A stretch of 63,143 bases of DNA, the filler included. It is 9 parts of 9 records of this genome, joined end to end, with 100 filler letters (N's around TTAATTAATTAA, not from the genome) between each part and the next. Parts side by side here need not be neighbours in the genome. Positions count along the whole stretch, not along the records: positions 53,923 to 58,545 come from SRR15195285_1725; positions 58,646 to 63,143 come from SRR15195285_1733; 7 more parts are not named here. One strand, written 5' to 3'. Shown piece by piece: positions 57,874-63,143 of this stretch. Below the pieces are notes generated by a model. It worked only from the letters and a program-made list of their open reading frames with translations, was not told the origin of the DNA and did not search any database. Each line of letters begins with the position of its first letter. The stretch's first letter is position 1. Position numbers and translations under genes: made by a program.

Positions 57874-58545
57874 GGGCGATAAACCCCGCGTTCCGAGGAG
57901 GGCGATGGTTAGGTTGCGACGGCGTTTGGGGCGGCAAACGACGATGCAGAGCGCGGCAGCTGGCGCAATCAACGCAGCACGGGCCAGGGCGTTAATGCAG
58001 CGTTGTGTGGAGTGTGGTAACGTCGAAATGGAATTGTGTTTCTTGCATTGTTGTGGTTGCACCACCCATTGACCAGCTGTTGATATTTTGCTATTCGGTA
58101 GCTCCGGGATGTCGTCTGTCGCTCTAGATTGGCAGACGAAACAGTACCAGTCAGCTTGCGGGTGGGAATGTTCGGAATGTGGTCAATGTGCAGTTCTTCG
58201 CTCACAATTTAACAAGCTGGTCGTAGTTTGATCAGGGAGGCGCGCCAGAAGGTCACAACGCGAAAAGACGACGGTGTCATGCACATGTGCCAGGACCACT
58301 TTGAATTCATGAAATAATACCGCCACAATAGCTAGTACGAGCTAGAATAAAGAAACGTTCTAGCTAGAATGATTGGATGCACATCATGCATCTCGTCCAT
58401 GAGTCGAATACCACCTATCGGGTCGCCCAGTACATAGAAACCACGGTCGAGCGCGACAAAAAGGGGGGTTTCGTGGTGTTGCCCCTCGGCACCGAGTTGG
58501 ACCGGCTCGATCGGCCCGCCCGGTACCCACAACCCCGCCAGCGCA

Positions 58546-58645
58546 NNNNNNNNNNNNNNNNNNNNNNNNNNNNNNNNNNNNNNNNNNNNTTAATTAATTA
58601 ANNNNNNNNNNNNNNNNNNNNNNNNNNNNNNNNNNNNNNNNNNNN
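58546..58645. other. Artificial contig spacer
   Basis: N44-TTAATTAATTAA-N44. Confidence 0.99.
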
Positions 58646-59000
58646 TTTTTTGCGCGCGCGGGATGAACCAGAGAGAGGAGAGAGTCGGGCGCGGAAGGCA
58701 ATCCGCGTACACTGATGATACACGATGCAGGCAGGCGTGAGTCAAGAGTCATGCCCACCCAGGGCATACTGTATAGAGTACTGTACTACAGTACGGAAGG
58801 GAGGTACAGCCTTTTTTTCAAATGGAAAATGTACCGTAACAGCGTATCCGCGCGTTGTCGCGTGCACACCATGCACTCACGCACCGACCGCCGCGCGCGC
58901 GACCGCCGGCGTCGCGCGTCGGTCTCTAGGTCCCCGGCCCCCCGCCCAAACACACCACCACCACCACCACCACCCCACACACACCGCGTCCCCTCCACCC

Positions 59001-59510
59001 ATGCCACTGCCATCGGAGGCTGTGTCTGTGGCTCGACGGCTGCTGCAGAACGGTCACAACGATCCAGGCGATCAACCAGCCTGGTTTCACGCCCTCTGGA
59101 TCGGCGGCACCGTTCTCCTTTTTCTTTTTTTCGCTTACCATTGTGGCGTGTGTGACAACAAACTGGACCCGCCCCGTCCCGAGGAGGACGAGTACAACCG
59201 GGCCGGCAATGAACCACTTCACATCCGTGCTTGCGACGTCCCGCGAGAGACTGCGAGGGAGTTCCTGGCAGCTCTGCACAAGCAGCACCGTTCACGAGAA
59301 GTGTTTGGCGAAGCAGGAAAAGACTTCGTGAAGCAACAGGCCACGAACATACAGAAAGCGCTCAAGTGGGACCTGACCCGAATGGACCGCGACGGCCACG
59401 ACAAGGAGGAGACATGGAGGAAGCTCGTGGACCGCTGGGGCTTCAAAATCGAGCAGTTCCCCGACGCTCAAAATGAGCCGATTCAGCCAAAACAGACTCA
59501 TGCTGCTTAA
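59001..59510 (+). CDS. Hypothetical single-pass membrane protein
   Basis: 169-aa ORF with one hydrophobic segment (WFHALWIGGTVLLFLFFAY) followed by a charged tail. Confidence 0.6.
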   Translation: MPLPSEAVSVARRLLQNGHNDPGDQPAWFHALWIGGTVLLFLFFAYHCGVCDNKLDPPRPEEDEYNRAGNEPLHIRACDVPRETAREFLAALHKQHRSREVFGEAGKDFVKQQATNIQKALKWDLTRMDRDGHDKEETWRKLVDRWGFKIEQFPDAQNEPIQPKQTHAA

Positions 59511-59652
59511 GCGCCGTTTCCCGTTTGTCGCTACGGCAGTCGGCATACCCAGCCGCACTATGGCGCTGACGAGGCGGTCCTATAGCAAGGTCAGGACTGA
59601 ACGCACCAGCTGGCGTCAAAGCTATCTTAGAAGCTAGCATAATAATAGTTTC

Positions 59653-62600
59653 TTATAAATCAGTTGTCCGCACAGCAACGACAGTTGCTGCCGCTTGCGC
59701 TGCTTCCGATTTGGCCAGCAGCGCTTTCTCCTCCCCCTTACCCATGTGGCAGCAGCTGCATGGTCGGCTGGTGGGCCCGCACATCATCGACCCCGCCGCA
59801 AAGAACACGATGGCAAACACAAGAGCGAAGCTGATCGTGAAGATCAGGAAGAGGCCGAACGCGTGGAAGAACTCGATGATGCCCTGCGATAGCGCGACCG
59901 CTGCGACAAGTGTCGTGACGGCAGCGGACGTGACGCTGATCCCCATCGAACCCAAGGCGAACTGTGTCCGCGCGAAGCGCACACGCTGGAGCAAGAGCTT
60001 CTCCTCCGCCTTCGCCACAGCCGGCTCAGCATCAACCGCGCGAGCAACCTCATCCACCAGCGTGCTCCGATTGCGCGGGAATGATTTCGCCGCATCATAC
60101 ACTAGCGTAGACTCCTGCAGCCCAAGCTGCTGTCGCATTTCGCTGGCAATGGCCCGTAGCTCCTCTTCGTTCCTCGCTCGCAGGATCCGCTGCCCTGGTG
60201 GCGCGTGGGCTTTCGTATCAACCATATCGCCAGCGGTCACGTACGCCCACGCGATGTGGACGACAAAGTCGCAGGAAATCCCGATCAGGATCGCTAAGCA
60301 CATCGACTCGATGATGCCCATCTCCCATCCTAGAGCAACCAGCACTGCCATAGTGCAGCAGAGCACCCCAGCAATCGCAACCGTGGCAATGACTGTCGCC
60401 TGCGCAGACCGCGTCGCGAGGAGCAGCACAATCAGCGTGATCGCGGTCGCCAGCACCATCGACTCCAGGGCGGAGCTGGCTAGATTCGCCTGCAAGTCTG
60501 AGATCGTGAACCACCAGTGTGTGAAAAACCCTCCGTCACCCGCAGACGCCGGACGGATCGCTCTGTGTCTCTGTAGAATTTCCTCCAAGCGATCAAAAAT
60601 CCCGATTGTCTTATAGTAGTCCCAGGACCCGACTTCATTCGTGGCCAAGTTCCACTTGAAGAACCGTGTGGCGGGTGCACGGACGGGCATAGATCCAACC
60701 AGAGAATTGGGCGGGACTGTCGAGTTCCTGAACCAATATGTACCTCCGGGTTCGTTCCCGGAGCCCGGTGCTGCCAGACCTGGCGCAAAGCGAAAGCCCG
60801 TCCGAAGGAACTGCTCGTGGCATTCGTAGAACGTAGCCGGCTCTAGGGGCAGCCTCGACAGTGGGCACTGCCCGTCGCAGCGGGTGCAGTTGCACCGTGG
60901 CACGCAGGGTTGATCCATCGCTTCGCCTCCCCACTCTCTCAGCCAGCGGTCGAAATTTTCGAGCGGGTGTTCCCGCGTGCGCTCGTGGTCTACCCATGAT
61001 TGCGCTCGCAGCTCAGATACGAGGCCCAGCATCCAGGTCTGTGCCGCAGGATCGGCGATGTCGAAGTCAAGGTCCACCGCCAGCTCCCCCCGGTTTGAGT
61101 TGATGTAGTAGCAGAGCACCTCCGTGCAGTCAGCAGGGACGACACCAAAGTAAAGCTCGACTGTCATTTTGCGGCCTACACGATGTGGCGACGCTCGGAA
61201 CAGGTCGACCTGCTGCAGGTAACGACTGAACTGATGGTTGCTCCGCAGAAGCTGCACCTCCTGGGTCGCCAGTGTCAGCTGATCGAAGACCAGGTATCCA
61301 GCAGCCACACTTACCCCCAGCAGAACAACTGCAATGTGAGCGCGAATGCGGAAAATCATGGCTGACCATCCGGAGTGGAAGCAGCGTTCGATTCGTCCCT
61401 CAAACTCCGAACCTCCACCTCCCACTTCGGAGGTGGGGCCTGCTTTTTTCTGGCTCTTCGCTCGGCGACAGAAGCAACAGCACCATTTACCGCGGCACAT
61501 CTTGTGGTTTGCGAGCTGAATAAGAGGGTACCATGTTATCACGAGCGCGTAGTCCACGCAAATCAGCAGTGCCATCCAGATTCCAAAGAGACGGATCGGA
61601 GGGATTGGGCTGACTGTGTTGACGAGAAACGCCACAGCTGTAGTAAAAGAGGTGATCAGCATAGCTGTGGCTGCACGCCTGTAGGCAAACGACAGCCTTG
61701 CTGCTAGCGGAGCATCCTCCGGCAGTAAGTAAAAGCTCTGCTTCCAGGCATCTGTAAACACGTAAATGTCGTCGACACCGATACCAGCTACAACAAAGAT
61801 TCCAATGAGATTGATGTATGGGAAGACCTCGAACTCTAGCTGTTGCATGTAAATGCCGTACGATATTGGCACTGACAGCACAATGTGGAGCATTCCACAT
61901 GTGGCCATGCAAATCGACCCAGTATGAAACGCCAAGCACAGGAACAGCAGCACAAAAGCTGCTCCGGCCAAGTACAAGTCGCGGAACAGCTGCTTGAGAA
62001 AGAACGCGTGGACTGCATAAAGCAAACGAACGATCTATTGTCAGACTGAGCAACAAAGATGCAGATTGATACTACATTGAGCAGAAGGTTGCTTACAGAG
62101 ATGCATATTGAAGATGAATCGACGTGGCTCATCTTCGCTGATATCTCGCGCCGCTTGCTCTAAGTGATCATCGTACGGAATCAGAACCGTCTTACCGAGA
62201 GCCTCGTTGCTACCAGCTCTTGAGCCCTCAATGCGTGGGTAACTGCCCGCGTTCAAGCAGAGAATTGAACGAGAATGAGTTGCCAGGCTAATATCGGCAG
62301 CTCCAAGCCACTCCTCGTTGATGAACCCGTCCGCAATCGTATCCAGACTGACGGTGCCGAGAGAAATACTACCGAGATTCAGCATTGATAGTAAGCTGGA
62401 GATGTGCTCGTCGGTGAGAGAGGCACACGGAATCCGCAACGCAGAAGAGAGCATCCGCGGCAACGATTGTGGTAGACAGCAGCTGCCAGAGCTAGACGCT
62501 TGGCAGTGAGAGGAATAGGCGAGCATTTCGTCTGACATCAGAGTGTCTTCCCACTCGCAGATGCTGTGAAATGCCGCCGCCGTCAATATACTTGCACCCT

Positions 62601-63143
62601 CTGGTGCAGCAAAGATCGTATCAAGATTCGTCCCGCAGCTGCAGACGTCAACATTGCCAAGTCCTTGTGCGGGGGAGGCCCGCCTTGGTCTAGTCTCCGT
62701 CATATTGAGCGGCTCGAACGATGAGGACCCAGGTGACAGAATCGAGACTTGGAGTCCACCATCCCCATGTTGGCTCATCGAGTAGTACACTAGCACAATT
62801 GTGTGCCAGCCTGCTGTCAGTCTTGCCGTGCCTGACTGCTCAGTCATGCTGTGGCGCCCGTCATTGTCAATGATTTGCCTTCCTCCTACATACAGGCGAG
62901 AACCATCGCCAGACCGGAGCTTGAAAACGTACTGCCCAGATACTGCCGTGTGGAGACGCCCTGACCATCTCGCCACCAGAGCACTCGGTCGATTTTCATT
63001 TAAAATCGACTCGTACACAGCTTCCCGGGTGCTCCACCATAGTTCTGAGTCAAAAACGCCTTGTTCAAGCAGAGCTCCACCGTTCCATCCTGCTCCTAAA
63101 ATTCCACGCTCAATAGACGCGATACTCTCGCTAGAAAACGAGT
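59653..63143 (-). CDS. Dispatched/Patched-like RND (sterol-sensing domain) transporter with a PA14 domain; 5'-truncated
   Basis: PA14: ARWSG...GQYVFKLRSGDGSRLYVGG..IIDNDGRH...LTAGWHTI. SSD TM4 motif GIGVDDIYVF; AMLITSFTTAVAF; second-half motif GISCDFVVH. Intron 62013-62096 joins the two ORFs in frame. Confidence 0.88.

Noticed and set aside
58377-58545. ORF start running into the gap
   Set aside because: Only 56 codons are visible, with no recognisable motif.
6668-58645. Eight regularly recurring TTAATTAATTAA palindromes flanked by Ns, suggesting a repeat array or element ends
   Set aside because: They are identical 100-nt synthetic contig linkers. ORFs ending in X...LIN are artefacts.
1953-63143. 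Apparent lipid/sterol gene cluster (CAR, SDR-sterol reductase, PhyH, SSD transporter)
   Set aside because: The genes sit on different contigs joined by spacers. Only PhyH and the SDR-reductase are truly adjacent, and nothing else links them.

Overview
This is not one continuous locus. It is nine eukaryotic contig fragments joined by eight identical 100-nt artificial spacers (N44-TTAATTAATTAA-N44), so gene neighbourhoods across the spacers mean nothing. The DNA is GC-rich and gene-dense. It has short spliceosomal introns (about 70-200 nt; donors GTGCG/GTGAG/GTAAG, one GC-AG), a CFAP157-like ciliary gene and frequent EPEPEP linkers. This points to a flagellated protist SAG/MAG (Picozoa-like is my inference, unverified). 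Genes include a carboxylic-acid-reductase-like A-T-R enzyme, a >3500-aa GTPase/SecA-like/vWA protein, a split SAM methyltransferase, a PhyH dioxygenase, an SDR-sterol reductase fusion, a multi-PH/Sec6/SH3 protein, a DUF5596-type acyltransferase, a tandem JmjC plus 2OG-oxygenase, a transglutaminase-like protein, a GH3 glucosidase, an F1-alpha paralogue and a PA14-Dispatched-like transporter. The standout is at 53943-57873. Once three introns are spliced out, it encodes a C5 DNA methyltransferase with circularly permuted motifs (VI-X before I-V, as in plant DRM) joined to a DNMT3/ATRX-type ADD zinc finger. All family assignments come from motif recognition by eye; no searches were run.
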